From Callorhinchus milii (taxonomy: Eukaryota): a DNA stretch of 64,000 nt. Both the position numbers and the translations under genes were made by a program. Shown here piece after piece: positions 50,641 to 63,769 of this stretch. The notes under the pieces were generated by a model. It was not told where the DNA came from. It did not search any database and saw only the letters and a program-made list of their open reading frames with translations. The stretch lies in assembly GCF_018977255.1 (NCBI RefSeq), contig NW_024704742.1, positions 9,240,001 to 9,304,000 of the forward strand. The letters run 5' to 3'. Each line of letters begins with the position of its first letter. Positions within the stretch are counted from its first letter, which is position 1.

Positions 50641-51830
50641 TATGCATCTGCTTGTCCCACTACTTTATGTTGGTTTGCTGCTGTTCTTCATTCCTTTTTT
50701 TGGATGTCTGCTTTCAACCAGCCCCTGTATACCCCACCCACCACTTAAGAAAAAGAATGGAAAGTAACCAATGAGTCACTGTATTCAATGCCTTCCTTTC
50801 TCTATGAAAAGATTGTTCCCTTTCCTACATGGCAGAACAGGAAAAGCCAACTTTAGTTACATCAAAGCATATCCACTTAGATATCCACTTAGAGGGGAGT
50901 CAACGAACTAGCGAAACACTACCACCACATGGAAAATACTGCAGAGCTACTTTCTTTGATGAGCAATTCTCCAATGTAAGGGACAACTCCTTCCAAACAA
51001 ACAAGACTAGCACAGCACCCCTCACAAGCAGACCTCAGCCTGATGTCCAGCACCCTCAGAATCACTTGAAGAAACGTTGACATGAGATGATTGACAGCGA
51101 CCAGATACATTAATTCTTCCACATGGGCTTGTTGCTGGTTGAGCAATTGCAGTGTGTAGAATTCTGCCTCAACAGCTCAGTTGGCTGGATCAATGCACTG
51201 GGTTCAGCTAAAGTGGTGGAACAAATTTATACATGAATTAAACAAAAATGCTGTGTGCTTTTGCACTTTTTCCCAGAGAGATCGATATCAGTTGTGCCCA
51301 CTTGTGCCGAATACTCTTTGGAATTAGGTAAGCAGGGTGTGTCCATCCAGGCATTTCATTTTAAATGCAGGTAACTTTCGATTTGAAGGTAGAATATATA
51401 TGTGGAACTCTCTGTCTCGTTCGGCTATTCTTGAGCATGGTCATGGATGTGCCAAAAACCAATTTGAACACAAAAAAAGGACTGCACTTGAATTAACTAT
51501 TATCTCTTTTCATTTTGTTTTTCTATCTTTGATTGTGTTTTTCTGCTCACCAAGTGGATAGTATATTTTTCTCGATTTGTTGGAATTCAATTTCCCACAG
51601 GTCAGCTAAATAGCAAAGCTTCCTCTATCTTGTCTTTCAGTAATACAACTTAATCCCAACCTGAGTAGAAACCATCCCTAAAACAGAATGATTTTTTAAA
51701 ATCTTTATCTTCACATCACCCAGTTGTGTTAAGTTGTAAAGAGTTTTGTTTGTGTAGAGTTAACTTGACTGACTGAACCTGATTCATTTCAGGCTGATCC
51801 AGTCAATAGGGACTAGACTCCATCAACCTT

Positions 51831-52002
51831 AAAGGAAAATGCTGCAGATGCTGGAAATCTAAAATAAAAACAGAAGTTGCTGGGAACACTCGGCAGGTCA
51901 GAGTTCTGATGAAAGGTCATTAACCTGAAACCTTAACTCACTTTCATCTCTCCATAGATGCTGCCTGACCTGCTGAGTGTTCCCAGAGACACCTGTTGTT
52001 AT
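51831..52002 (+). mobile_element. Small non-autonomous Penelope-like/retrozyme-like element with hammerhead motif, copy 2
   Basis: Flanked by a perfect 12-bp direct repeat TCCATCAACCTT (51819-51830 and 52003-52014). Internal 22-bp inverted repeat at 51880-51901 and 51965-51986. Confidence 0.78.
51901..51939 (+). ncRNA. Minimal type-I hammerhead ribozyme motif, degenerate
   Basis: Layout: GAGTT, core CTGATGA, A, stem II AGGT-CATTA-ACCT, GAAAC CTT, then AACTC pairing with GAGTT. Confidence 0.65.
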
Positions 52003-52314
52003 TCCATCAACCTTGGTCTGTTGTAAAATCCAGGTCTCCGAACTGAAAGGACTGTTCGGAGTCTAATCTCCTTTATCCACTCTTCTCTTTGCTTAATATA
52101 GTCTTTTAATTATTTCAGCAGCACTTGCCCTTAAAGCAATTATTTTGTAATGCAGTGGAACAGTGGCATTTCACACTTCTCATATTTGGAACTTGTCTTT
52201 TTTAAGTAAACTATACTGATAAGCGTTAATAACAATAAATGAAAGAATCATATTTAATATTCTGCTTTTTGTATGTAACACATGAGGGATTGGAAATAAT
52301 ATTGGGATGCAAAC

Positions 52315-52700
52315 CACAGTTCAGCTGGTAGCACTCTCACGTCTGTGTCAAAAGGTTAGGACTTTGAGCTCATAATCCAGGCTGGGGGAAGACCGGCATT
52401 GTCTGAAGTGCTGCGATTCAGATGAGGTGTTAAACCAATTTATTAGAAATAATAAAAAATATTGCATTTGATACAGTGCCTTTAATGCCAATGTCTCAAG
52501 CCCTTTTCAGTAATTACGTGAAGTGTAGTGACTGTGTATTCGCAGGCAAATGTGGCAGCCAGTTTGAACACAGTAATGTCCCTAAAAACAGACACAAAGT
52601 GATTGATCAATTTACCTCAAGGATTGTTGGCCAGAATACTGGGAGAAAGAAATTCCCTTTCTTCTTCCAATATAGTGTCTCGGATTCTTTGTATCTGTTA
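52315..52700. mobile_element. Deu-SINE relics (52315-52440 plus; 52455-52700 minus)
   Basis: tRNA-like head; Deu block and tail. Confidence 0.6.
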
Positions 52701-53869
52701 TAGAATTATTGTCTTTCCGAGCCACAAATGACAAGTACTGCAAAGTAATTAAGAGGCTGCTTTAAGCTAAGCCTCCAAAAGAAAGTGATAAAGACAGAAA
52801 GAAAGCAGATCATTGAAAGGTATACAGGGCTAAAAATAGAAGCCATTATCAACAGCAACCAGGAAAATGTACAAAACAGGAAAAGACAAGTTGAGACTAA
52901 TACAGACTGAAACTTTCATATCAATGAATTGTAGGTTAAACCTCCGCTTTGAGGAGGAAAGGAAAGAGTAAGCTATTGTTATTGTATGAATGCTAGTTCA
53001 AGTCCACAATAGATCATCGTCTGTTTAGTGTTCCAGTTACGTATACTGGATTTATCCAAACGTTTGGAGTGAATTTCCTCATGTTTCTAATTTTAGTGAC
53101 TTTGATGACTTGTAATGGGAAAATTCCAGTGGAGCCAGGCAATGCAGCAAATGTATGGGTGAAATTTTCATTAAAAGAAGTGAGTTGAGAATATAAAAGA
53201 CAGGATATGATATGTACGGTATGTGTCAAACGATGTTGTAGAGGTGGGGGAAGGCAGAGCGGGTCATGGTGCAGATGTGAGGTAGAAAGGATAGTTGAAG
53301 GGTAGTTGAGCATAATATCAAAGAACTTCCGAGCACAGATGTGGTGAATGGAATTGTAAAATAATGGAATGAAACAGAATAATAAAGCAGAACACTCCGC
53401 AAAGCAGGTTTGCAACAGAAGGAAATTAATGAACTAATATATCTGAAGTTATTTAGATGATAGATGCTAATAATAATTCAACCCTTCAACAACCTGAGAT
53501 CCACACAGAGAGATGCTCAAATTGAACCAAAGTGAATTTACTTTTTTATTTTGATGTCATTACTCCGCATATAAATCGTATGTAAAGTTACATAGAATGA
53601 TATGACATGGAAATAGGCCATTCAGCCCAACTAGTCTGGGCTGGTGTTTACATTCCACAGGATCTTCCATTCATCCTATTCCGCTCATCTATACATCCCT
53701 CTGTTGCTTTCTCTCTCAGGTAGGCATCACATTTTCTCTTAAATACATTGATACTTTTGGCTTCTATCACAGCTTCCAATATTGAGTTCCATAACATACT
53801 ATTGAAAGTTTTAGCCCATTTTTCCGTTATCTCTTCTCTACTGGAGGCAATGTCTCAAGTTGGGATGAT

Positions 53870-54195
53870 GGGCACACAGTGGCACATCCCTACCTCTCCG
53901 ACCTGTTTACCCCCCAACCCACAATCCACTGCCTCTGCTCGACTGGCTCCAGCCTTCTGCATGTCCCTCGTGCCCTCTGCTATTAGTAGCTAGCCACTAA
54001 GCCCCGAAGCCTGGAACACTTTTCCTCTATCCCTCCACCTTGCTCCTTCCTTCCCCATTTTCAGGTCGTGGCTGAAGACCTTTCTCTTCGACCATGCCTT
54101 CAGTCACCTCCCCCTCTCCCTGGCTGGGCACTGTGCTCCGTCACTGTCAAGTGCTCTGGGATGCTACCCTGCATGAGGGCACTATATAAATGCAA

Positions 54196-54226
<31 letters not shown>
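53870..54226 (+). mobile_element. L2 3' fragment, second family
   Basis: Tail CTCTGGGATGCTACCCTGCATGAGGGCACTATATAAATGCAA(GTT)n. Confidence 0.82.
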
Positions 54227-54491
54227 CCCTCCAGTACCTCACCCAAGTTCTTAATACATGAGTTGGAGTGATGTACTTTGGGTTTGTATGTTAAGTAATC
54301 CCTCCCTTGATCTTACCTTTACCCTTGCCCTTGCCTTGTGAGAACTAGACTGGGACAAACTATCAGGTCAGAATTGAGTTTGCACCAGTCAGGGTGTGTT
54401 GCATGGGGTTCCCTGCAGGAGTAAATCTGAGGTGTGTTTTTCTACTCTGTCGTTTTACACCATCATAACATGTTCTTTATTTTCTGGCCAT

Positions 54492-54695
54492 ATAATCCCT
54501 CAAGAAAAAAAATAATAATAAATTGGTCACTTCAATCCACGACTGTTTGTGGGACACTGCTGTGTGCAATTGGCTGCCCCGTTTCGCCCACAAATATACA
54601 GTCAATTTACTTTACAGTTTATTTTGTGAAGTGCTTTGAGATGTCTAGAAGACGTGAAAAGCGCTATATCAAATGCAAGGATTATTATTATTATT
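54492..54695 (+). mobile_element. SINE 3' half, short subfamily
   Basis: Deu block and tail. Confidence 0.88.
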
Positions 54696-55544
54696 GTTTG
54701 TTTTCTGGCCATCTCAACCCCTCCACTGCGAGTGATTCACGAGCCAATGGAACAAATGAAGAATGCTGAAAAGACCAAGATAGAAATTGACACATTTAGA
54801 AAATAATGTTCCTTTAGTAGGCGTTCCTTTAGTTGGAGAAAATTGGCATTTATTTTCTCCGTGAAGTAAATGGATTCCTAATAAATCCTTTCCTAAAATA
54901 ACTCAGCGCATAAGCACTGATTTCCTTCCAGAGAACGGTCCATGACACCAGACTAATAGAACTAATTTTAGACTTTTTTAAAACAATCAATAGCTAGATT
55001 ATTGAGCTGTTGTTTTGTCTCCTCTATAAATAATTGAACTCAAAATCAGTCTCTCAGAGGCATAGGCAGCTCGTGATAGACATCCGTTGATTTCCAGCCC
55101 AATAAAAGGCACCAGTGAATGTGGATGGAATTAAAAGTCTGATAGTGCTTGAACAGCACATTGCACTGTTGGTTAGGGGGGAAGCTGTGCTGAGGAGTTC
55201 AAAGGGAGAGTCCTTTAAACCTCACAGACAGCGGTGATGTTCTCTGAGGTATAACAAGGAAATCAAGATTAAAACTAAACCAATAACTTGTTCTTCATTT
55301 ACAAAGGGCTCTATTGCCTCGCACACAATTTACACAATTTATAAGCAGCAGATTTTGCAGTAAACTGACCCACGGATTAAACAGATGCCACAAGCAGAAT
55401 CTGGTTTTTCAATGAAAGTAAGTTCATAAGAATGCAAAGCGAGTGTAGGATTATTTGTTATTTATTTCATTTCAGTTGTTTTTATCGTTGGGATTGGCTG
55501 GATGGAATACAGATGTTTTTGTTTTGCTTATATGTTCCTGTGTC

Positions 55545-55740
55545 AAGGTGCTGGACAGTCAGGGATTTGGACCAGAGCAAGGGTTTGGGATCAGGGGAGA
55601 AGGAGGGTAGAGATATGGGAGTGGCTGAAGGTGTGGTCGAAGAGGAGGGTCTTGAGATATGCTTTGAAGGAAGCAAGACGATGGGAATGGGGGATGGAGT
55701 TCCAAAGGGTGGGGTCAGAGAGGGTGAAGGCCCGACAGCA
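55545..55740 (-). mobile_element. L2 3' fragment
   Basis: RAFTLSDPTLWNSIP..FKAYLKTLLFD. Confidence 0.82.
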
Positions 55741-57764
55741 GGTCAGACTGAAACTCATCCATGTTCCTGTTGGATTCCCTTTCTGCAAATTATTTTGTGA
55801 AGCTCACATTTTAGATCCCAGTATTACAGACTTGTGTAGCGGTTTATGAGGTTTTGCTAAAAGTCTTTGGCGTGCATTCAGTGCAGTACAATACTGCAGC
55901 ATGAAGAAGCACCAATAGACATGGTCCAGTAAAGACCACGGATGGCGAGAGAACCGTGAGCCATGGTACATTTCCAAGACATACAGTACAGTAACCGGAG
56001 TAATCAACCAATACCATCATTCCTCAGACATCCACATTTGAAACAACAGAGGAGAAAAATTATGCCATAACCATGACTTGCAGTTTTTCAGTTATGTGAA
56101 TTTCTGAGGGTTTGCTTGCACACAGCCTGGGTTTACAAATAACCCAAGCACTTGCACTGCTTCAGTTTACATAATGAACAATTGTTTTTATATCGTGGCA
56201 ATGCATCATTATACGACACTCTTCAAACCTATCATCATTCAAATCTACCGTGTGACCAGCTGCTTGTTTGCAATGCTGCAATTCAGCTCCTTGTGGAGCA
56301 CAGAGTGCACACTGGGTGACTGTGGTTACTATCAGACTACTCTTGTGTTAAGGCAATCCCGGTAACAGGAGTTTGAGGTTCTCATTAAGCGAAAGCATTT
56401 TACTTTCCTAATCCAGGAGATGAAATGACTAATACCTCAGAACTTGAAAGAAAATTGAGCCTTTCTGTGACGATAAGTAAAATTAGCACCCAGAGCAATT
56501 TCAAACAAGAATAATGCCGAAGCTTCAAGATCTTTAAATTATCGTAACAAATGATGTGTTGGCTAAATTGAATGAACACCTGCGATGCAGCAATAAAACA
56601 ATCTGGGAGGGTATTATGTTTGCTTCCCCATTTTGATCTATCTTGACTTTCAGAATTAGGAGAGAAAACGATTGTATATTTGTTCTTGTATCTATAATTG
56701 CTCCAAATGTAATAAAAAGGCTTTAATGTTACAAAAAGCCTGTAGAATCCAGCAAGGGCTTTGGCTGTCATGTAACACTCTCTACTTCAGAGTGAAGGGC
56801 ATTCTCGGTGTCAGAGATAGCCCCCCTACTGAAACAGTAATCATTCTTTCTCGGAGGGCATTCATGGTTGAAGTCATTCGAGTGTCTTGCTGGGATTACC
56901 ACTGGGAAGTTAATAAGTTACCTCTTCATACTTTACGGTGAAAATTATAAAGCTTGAATTAATTCAAAGCAGCTTTTTTTAACCATTTAGCTAATACAAT
57001 CTAATACAGCCAGAGCCACTTATGTCTCAGCAATTCTATTTATAGGCAGCCCAGCTGTGGGTTTTCCACCAAACTGTAGTTTATTCCTCTATCCGCTCCT
57101 TTTCTTCCTTCCCAGTAAGAAAGCAGGGAATGTTATTCGGAGTTGGGCCTTTGCCAGCAACCGTAAAACAGTGGCAGGGGTTCCTATAAGATTATACGAA
57201 CATAAGAATTTGTTAGGCAAAAGAAGACCAAGGTCCATCTAGTTCGTCTTCCACCATCCTGGCACTCGCATAACATGTCATGTACCAAACAATCTATTCT
57301 GAGATATTATTTTCTAGCAGAAATCTATCTTGAAACAATGATATTTTCTGCTTCCACTGTCTCCCTGTGGAGCCTGTTCCATAAGTTTACTACTCGCTCA
57401 CTGTATTATGTTATAGATCAACTATCAGTCCTACAGATTCCTTCCTCTGTGGAAGTACTTGTTTTTCACTCAGCGACTGCTCACCATATGGGGAAATGCA
57501 GATGAGACATGTTAATCTCACAGTATATTACATGGTTATTACAATGAATATGCTGGAGGTAGAACCCTAACACCATCTGAATGGTGATGCTGGTGAAATT
57601 GGGGGCCATGATGTGGCTTCTGGATCATACCTTCCGAAGACTGGATTAGTGAGACACAATTGAACAAAAACACAGACCTCATAGTCAGTGCTGACACTAC
57701 GAACAGTGCTGGGGGAACGCTTATTGTCGGAGGTCCCATCCTTTGGATGAAACGTTAAACCGAG

Positions 57765-57945
57765 GGATTATTAACCCAGTAAAAGCAATCCACTAATCGA
57801 CTAACAACCGAGTTCCTACGTACTGCCAGTTAAACAGAGGCGTGTGGAGTAAGGAAACTTGGCCAACATTTTGCCCATTCCAGGAATCGAACTCAGGTCC
57901 TCTGGCTTGCGAGGTGAGTGCTCTAACCACTAAACTACAGGACTC
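57765..57945 (-). mobile_element. SINE 5' half (tRNA plus CORE)
   Basis: Head on the reverse strand; abuts a Deu-SINE piece at 57690-57765. Confidence 0.85.
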
Positions 57946-58109
57946 TGTGTAGTCCTATGAATTGAGACAACAGTGTCTCTCCAAGACTTACTTGGGCTCA
58001 GCTGTACTGCTCACAATTGTCTCAGTTGGCCGGTTCAATAAAAGGCACTGTAATATATATTGTGATGGGACTCTTCAAACAGAAATTTGTAGTGTGTTTT
58101 TTTTTGTAA

Positions 58110-58470
58110 TGCAATATAAAACATTCATCATGCGCAAGCCTGAAAGTAAATGTGATATTGAGAGAGTTAACCTGCCCATCATAGTTGCCATATTTTGCGA
58201 GTATTGAACATATTAAGTGATAATGCCATAAGGGGAGTGCTGCTAACTGATTTATTTGTGACAAAATGCTATTTGTTGGATGGAAATCTCTCTGAATGTT
58301 TTAACTGCAGGAGACAAGCCAATGCTGTCTGTCAGCATTTTGCCGCTTCCCTATGAATTATCACATTGCAGTTACACAGATAAATAAACACAATGATTAA
58401 AATTGAATAGTGTGAGGTCGGCCAAACGTTTTCCTATTTGCTGTCATCATATATCTAATTTCCTGTATAT
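58110..58470. promoter_or_regulatory. Candidate conserved enhancer (Pbx-Hox, Meis and Maf motif cluster)
   Basis: TGATTTAT 58248-58255, TGACAA 58259-58264, CTGTCA at 58329 and 58441, GTCAGCATTTT 58331-58341, all in repeat-free sequence. Confidence 0.3.
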
Positions 58471-59004
58471 TTATGGAAAACGTTTCACCGTAATGCATAT
58501 TCCATATATTCTGCTGGCTTTTTGTCTCTCCATTATTTGTGGCTTCGCTAAAAGAATAGGTTTTTTTAAAAATAGGTTCTATAATTCTTTGTTTTTGCTA
58601 TATTTTTATTTACTTTGTTAGCTTTATCCACCTGCTTCCAACACCACCTTCCATTCACTTACATTGGGGAAATTATAATTATTATTAATAATAATCCATA
58701 TTTTATACCAATGCATGTTGAAACATTACACGGTGATCTCTGGGTAATAATAATAATCCTTACATTTGATATAGAGCCTTATCACGTCATTTGCAATGAT
58801 TGTGTATTCCTAGACCTTGCTAACTTGCTCACCAACATGTACACAGCTGGGTCTCACAAACAGCTGTGAAATGAATGACCAAATGTATTTGAGGGATTAT
58901 TGACAACAGCTCCTTTCTCCAGACAGGTACACACCACTGGTGATCAGCAAATTTCATTGCAGTGATGCTCAATCTCAATGGGCTACTCCACTTTATGGTA
59001 TCAG

Positions 59005-59780
59005 GCTGGCTCAGTTAGTTGCACTCTCACCTCTATGTCAGAAAATTATGGGTTCAAGCCCTACGGCAGGACCTGGAACTCAAATAGTCTAAACTGACAC
59101 TCCAATATGGTGCTGGGGGTATGCTACATTGTTGGAGGTGCTGTTCTTCGGATGAGATTTGAAATTGTCTGCCTTGTCAGATGGATGTTAAAGATCCCAT
59201 GGTACTATTCAAAATTTGAAGGTAGTTTCTTCCCATTGGAGTCCTGTAGCATACTGGTAAGAGCACTCGCCTCGAAAGGGTTCGATTCCCAGGCAGGGCG
59301 AATCTTTAGGCAAATTTCCTTACTCCATATGCCGCTGTTTACCTAGCAGTAAGTAAGAACTCGGTTGTTAGTCGATTGGCGGAGCAATTTTCCGGGGGTA
59401 ATAATATCTTCAAAAAATTAAAAAATAATAATTTGGTCACTCAATCCACGACTGTTTGTGGGACAATGCTGGCTTCGGGTTTCGCCCACAAAGTATACAG
59501 TCTACAGTATATTGTGAAGCATTTTGAGATGTCTCTAAGATGTAATACAGCGCTATATCAAATGTAAGTTATTATTATTATAAACCCCCCAACAATAATC
59601 TGTCAAATAATATTGCCATTCAGTTCATAGTTTGTTTATGGGGCAATGTTTTGTGCAAATTGGCTGCCATGTTTGCCTACAAGCACATAGTTAGTGTTTA
59701 TTGTTATTCCTGTGAATCACTTTGAGATGTCTCGACAACATAATTAGTCACAATATCAAATTCAAAGATTATTATAATTA
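59005..59780 (+). mobile_element. Deu-SINE split by a tRNA-CORE-Deu SINE (59238-59581)
   Basis: SacSINE1-like 5' part 59005-59235; the Deu block and tail resume near 59585. Confidence 0.78.
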
Positions 59781-59959
59781 TCATTTACATAACACTTTGG
59801 AGAATTGGGCAAATTGGATGACTTGTTCACTCACAAAACACAGTGACTGCACATTACAATATAATGTTGTAAATCTCTTTGAGATACCCTCCTAATGGTG
59901 AAAGGTGCTACATCAACTGTAAGGATTATTATTACAAATAGCAAATATTACAAATAGGT

Positions 59960-60225
59960 GCAGTCCTTTAGCTCAGTGATTAGAGCACTTGCCTCACAAG
60001 CGAGAGACCTGTGTTCGATTCCTGGCAGGACGAAACCTTGGGCAAGTTTCCTTGCTCCACATGCCTGATAATAATCCCTCAAGAAAAAAAATCCCAATAA
60101 CAATTTGGTCACTCAATCCACGACTGTTTGTGAGACACTGCTGTGTGCAATTGGCAGCCGTGTTTGACACGTCTATAAGATGTGAAAAACGCTATATCAA
60201 ATGCAAGGATTGTTATTATTATATT
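59960..60225 (+). mobile_element. tRNA-derived SINE, short subfamily with internal deletion
   Basis: Head, GCCTGATAATAATCCC junction and tail. Confidence 0.85.
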
Positions 60226-60244
60226 ATTAAATAACGTATTGTTG

Positions 60245-60940
60245 CATAGGAATTTACAGTACAGGAGAAGTGAATTTGATCCATCATATCTGTACTAGTT
60301 CCTTAAAAAGAGGAATCCATTCTCCAATTTCCTTATCTTTTCCCCATACCTCTGCAAATCATTCTCTTTAGATATCATTCTATTTCCCACTTGAAAGCTA
60401 TTATGGATCCTAGTTTCATCACTGCACTTGCAGGGCATTCCACATCCTAACAGTTTACTTTCCCAATCTTTCCCTTTGCTTCCTTATGATCTATCTTAAA
60501 TTGATGTCACTGACTGACTGACCAGTGGAAATGATTTCTCCCTATCTACTCTCAAAACTCTTCATCATTTTAAAGTCTTCTAATGAGGTCACCCTCAGCC
60601 TCCTGTGTTTCAACGGAAATCCTTCCTCTTATCTTTGCACAAAGCGGCAAACACTCATCCCTGATATAATTATTCTAAATCTCCCATCTCCCCTCATTAT
60701 AGCTCAGGCATCCATCCTAAAGTGGTTTGACCAAAACTGGACACTCTAGGATGCTACCCTGTGTGAGGGGTGCTATACAAATGCAAGTTGTTGTTGTTGG
60801 ACATAATACTCTAACTGCAATTAAATTAACGATTTATATAGGATAAACATAATCTCTTTGGTTTATAAATTCTACCCCTATTTGTAAAACCTGGATCCCA
60901 TGAGCTGTCTTGACAGTTTTGTCCACTTGCCTCCTGTCTG
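60245..60940 (-). mobile_element. Degraded CR1 3' fragment with an inserted L2 tail (60745-60800)
   Basis: Similar to 5770-6300. Confidence 0.7.
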
Positions 60941-61091
60941 GTAGTTACTGATTATTTGTTTTGTATTTGTTTGACAGTGTAAAGTTTAAAATTTTTAAAG
61001 CATTCGTTGTGCTAATTTCCGCTGGTGAATATGACCATATTCATGAAACAACAACAGCATTAAACAACAGCAACAATGAGATGGCTCATTA

Positions 61092-61548
61092 AACAACAAC
61101 AGCAACAACAGCTTGCATTTATATAGTGCCCCTCACGCAGAGTAGTGTCCCAGAGTGGCGGACTGTATATTTGTGGGCGAAACGCGGCTGTCAATCGCGC
61201 TTGATAGTGGCGGAGCATGACACCGAGCTGGGGGGAAGGGGAGGTGACCGTAGGCACGGTTGAATAGGAAGGTCTTCAGGTGCAATCTGAGGATGGGGAA
61301 GGAAAGGGGGCAAGGCAAAGGGATAGAGGAAGAGTGTTCCAGAGTTTTGGGGTAATAGTGGCTAAAAGCGCAGCTACCAATGGTGGAATGGAGGGCAGGA
61401 GGGACCTGCAGGAAGCCAGTTGAGTTGAGGTAGCAGGTTGTGGGTTTGGTGAGTGAGCAGGTTGGAGAGTTAGGGAGGTGCCAGGGCATGAGGGGATTTG
61501 AAAATGAGTATGAGGATCATGAAATCGATCTGTTTGGCGACAGGGAGC
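61092..61548 (-). mobile_element. L2 3' fragment, second family
   Basis: STIGSCAFSHY..LKTFLFNRAY; a SINE-derived patch lies at about 61160-61200. Confidence 0.82.
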
Positions 61549-61898
61549 AATTACTCACCCAAAGTCTTGCTTCTGGATAACTAAATCCAACACCGAATTT
61601 GAAGCGTGGATCAGTACTGTTGTAAACTATACCTTCTAGACTTGTTTTGAACTATTTGGTTTGCTTAACATTTACTTTCTGGGTAGTGTTGTCAAAGAGG
61701 GGCCAAATCTGTTCTCTCCACTGCCCAAAAGTTGTTTTTTGCCGATCAGCCCTGAGGTTTGAGGAAATACAATCCCAGAAAATCAATATTAAGCAAAATA
61801 AATAATTGAATAGCGGCTTTAGGGGTTACAGTTTACTTTTATACTCACATACGATTCAATATTTAAAAAAATTATATTGATCAAAATCTGAAAGGAAG

Positions 61899-62525
61899 CA
61901 ACAACAACAACAAGATTACATATGTATAGCGCCTTTCACGTCGGGAGAATGTCCCAAGGAGCTGGACAGTGTATACAGCATTTTGGACCCAAGCTGGGGT
62001 TAGGGGGGAGAAGGGAGGGGAGGGGAAGGGGGGTGACCAATGGCATAGTCGAAGAGGAGGGTTTTGAGGCAGGATTTGAAGGAGTCTAAGGACGGGGCAA
62101 GGGTGAGTGATTGGGGGATGGAGTTCCAGAGGTTGGGGGCACAGTGGCTGAAGGCTTTCCTGCCAATGGTGGGGCGGGTGAGTCGGGGGACGTGGAGTAG
62201 GCCAGAGCCGGCTGAGCGGAGGGAGCGGGTGGGTTGGTAGGGGGTTAGGAAGTCACAGAGATAGGGTGGGGCGAGGCCATGGAGGGCTTTGTATGTGAGG
62301 ACCAGAAGTTTGAACTGGAACCTCTGAAGGATAGGGAGCCAATGGGGTCGGGCAAGAATGGGGAGATGGGGTCACAGAGTTTGGTGTGGGAGAGGACACG
62401 GGCTGCAGAGTACTGGATTATCTGCAGCCTGTGGAGGGAGGAGTTGGGAAGGCCGACAAGCAGGGCGTTTGCATAGTCGAGCCTGGAGGTGAGGAAGGCA
62501 TGAACCAGAGTTTCAGCGGCCATCA
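61899..62525 (-). mobile_element. L2 3' fragment
   Basis: [21 protein letters not shown]..; hairpin and tail. Confidence 0.9.
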
Positions 62526-62566
62526 ACTTACTGAGAGATGTGTGCTGCAACAAAGTGGTTATTGTT

Positions 62567-62915
62567 ATAATAATAATAATAAAAATCCTTGCATTTGGAT
62601 ATAGTGCCTTATCAAGTTTTGAGACGTCGGAAAGCACTTCACAGAACACACTGTAAAGTGAATTAACTGTATATTTTGTGGGCGAAATGCAGCAGCCAAT
62701 TGAGCATAGCAGTGTCCCACAAATTTTTAAAGAAATTATTACCCCAGCAAAAGCAATCTGCCAATCGACTAACAACTGGGTTCCTACTTACTGCTAGGTA
62801 AACAGAGACTTGTGGAGTAAGGAAACTTACCCAACATTTCGCCCTACCTGGGAATCAAACACAGGTCTCTCGCTTTCGACGCGAGTGCTCTAACCACTAA
62901 GCTACAGGAGTCCAC
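62567..62915 (-). mobile_element. tRNA-CORE-Deu SINE
   Basis: All modules present. Confidence 0.9.
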
Positions 62916-63769
62916 ATTGTTGCCAGGTTAAATTAACATAAGGAATACTTGAAAAAAATCACAAACGTTACTCCTATAATTATTATGGAATTGTACCTTA
63001 TTAGGTTATAAGGCTGACAGAAACATGGGTCACTGCCAACTGGACATTGTTCTGCCAGGAATCCCTGTATACTGGAGAATACTAGCAGTTAATAATACAA
63101 TCTATCTTGTATCTTACTTCTAAGAATGACCCCCACATTCCTTGATATTACAGAGATAGCCTATGCTATCCAGCATGTATTGACTTTGCCTACAATCATT
63201 TTTTCTGCTTTGATTAATTTTGATAATAATTTTAGCAAACTATTTAATATTGTGGGTGTGAAGTTAATTCTGTATTGGTCATAAAATATACAGCCAATTC
63301 ACTTTACAATGTATTCTGTGAAGCACTTTGAGATGTCTCGAAGACGTGATAAGGCGCTATATCAAATGCAAGGATTCTTCCTATTATTATTATTGCTGGA
63401 TTAGCATTCATTTCAGTCGCTGTGTTGCTTCCCGACCAACACATCCATCAACCTTCAGGAGACGAATGAGAAACGTGAAGCTGAGAAAAATATGTAACAA
63501 TCCAGTTAGCTCAAGTCCTATTTGTGCTTTTCTTTGTGGCATTCTACTATATTTTGCTATAAGCTACTTAGTTCCAGAAATGAGAAGTATTTTTCAAATG
63601 TCAGCAAATCTTTTACAAAATCTCTTAACGCCACTTTTTCCATTCTGAAATGAGGGACTTTGTGTATCCTGATTGTTCATGTTCGAGTGACTAAATAAAG
63701 TAGGCATTGATTGCGTAAGTTTAAAATGTTCCTTTGGTGGAACAAGTACCGAGGCAGCCTTTCTCTTGT

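Noticed and set aside
57962..58024. Possible pre-miRNA hairpin (TGAGACAA...TTGTCTCA)
   Set aside because: Interior pairing is too interrupted.
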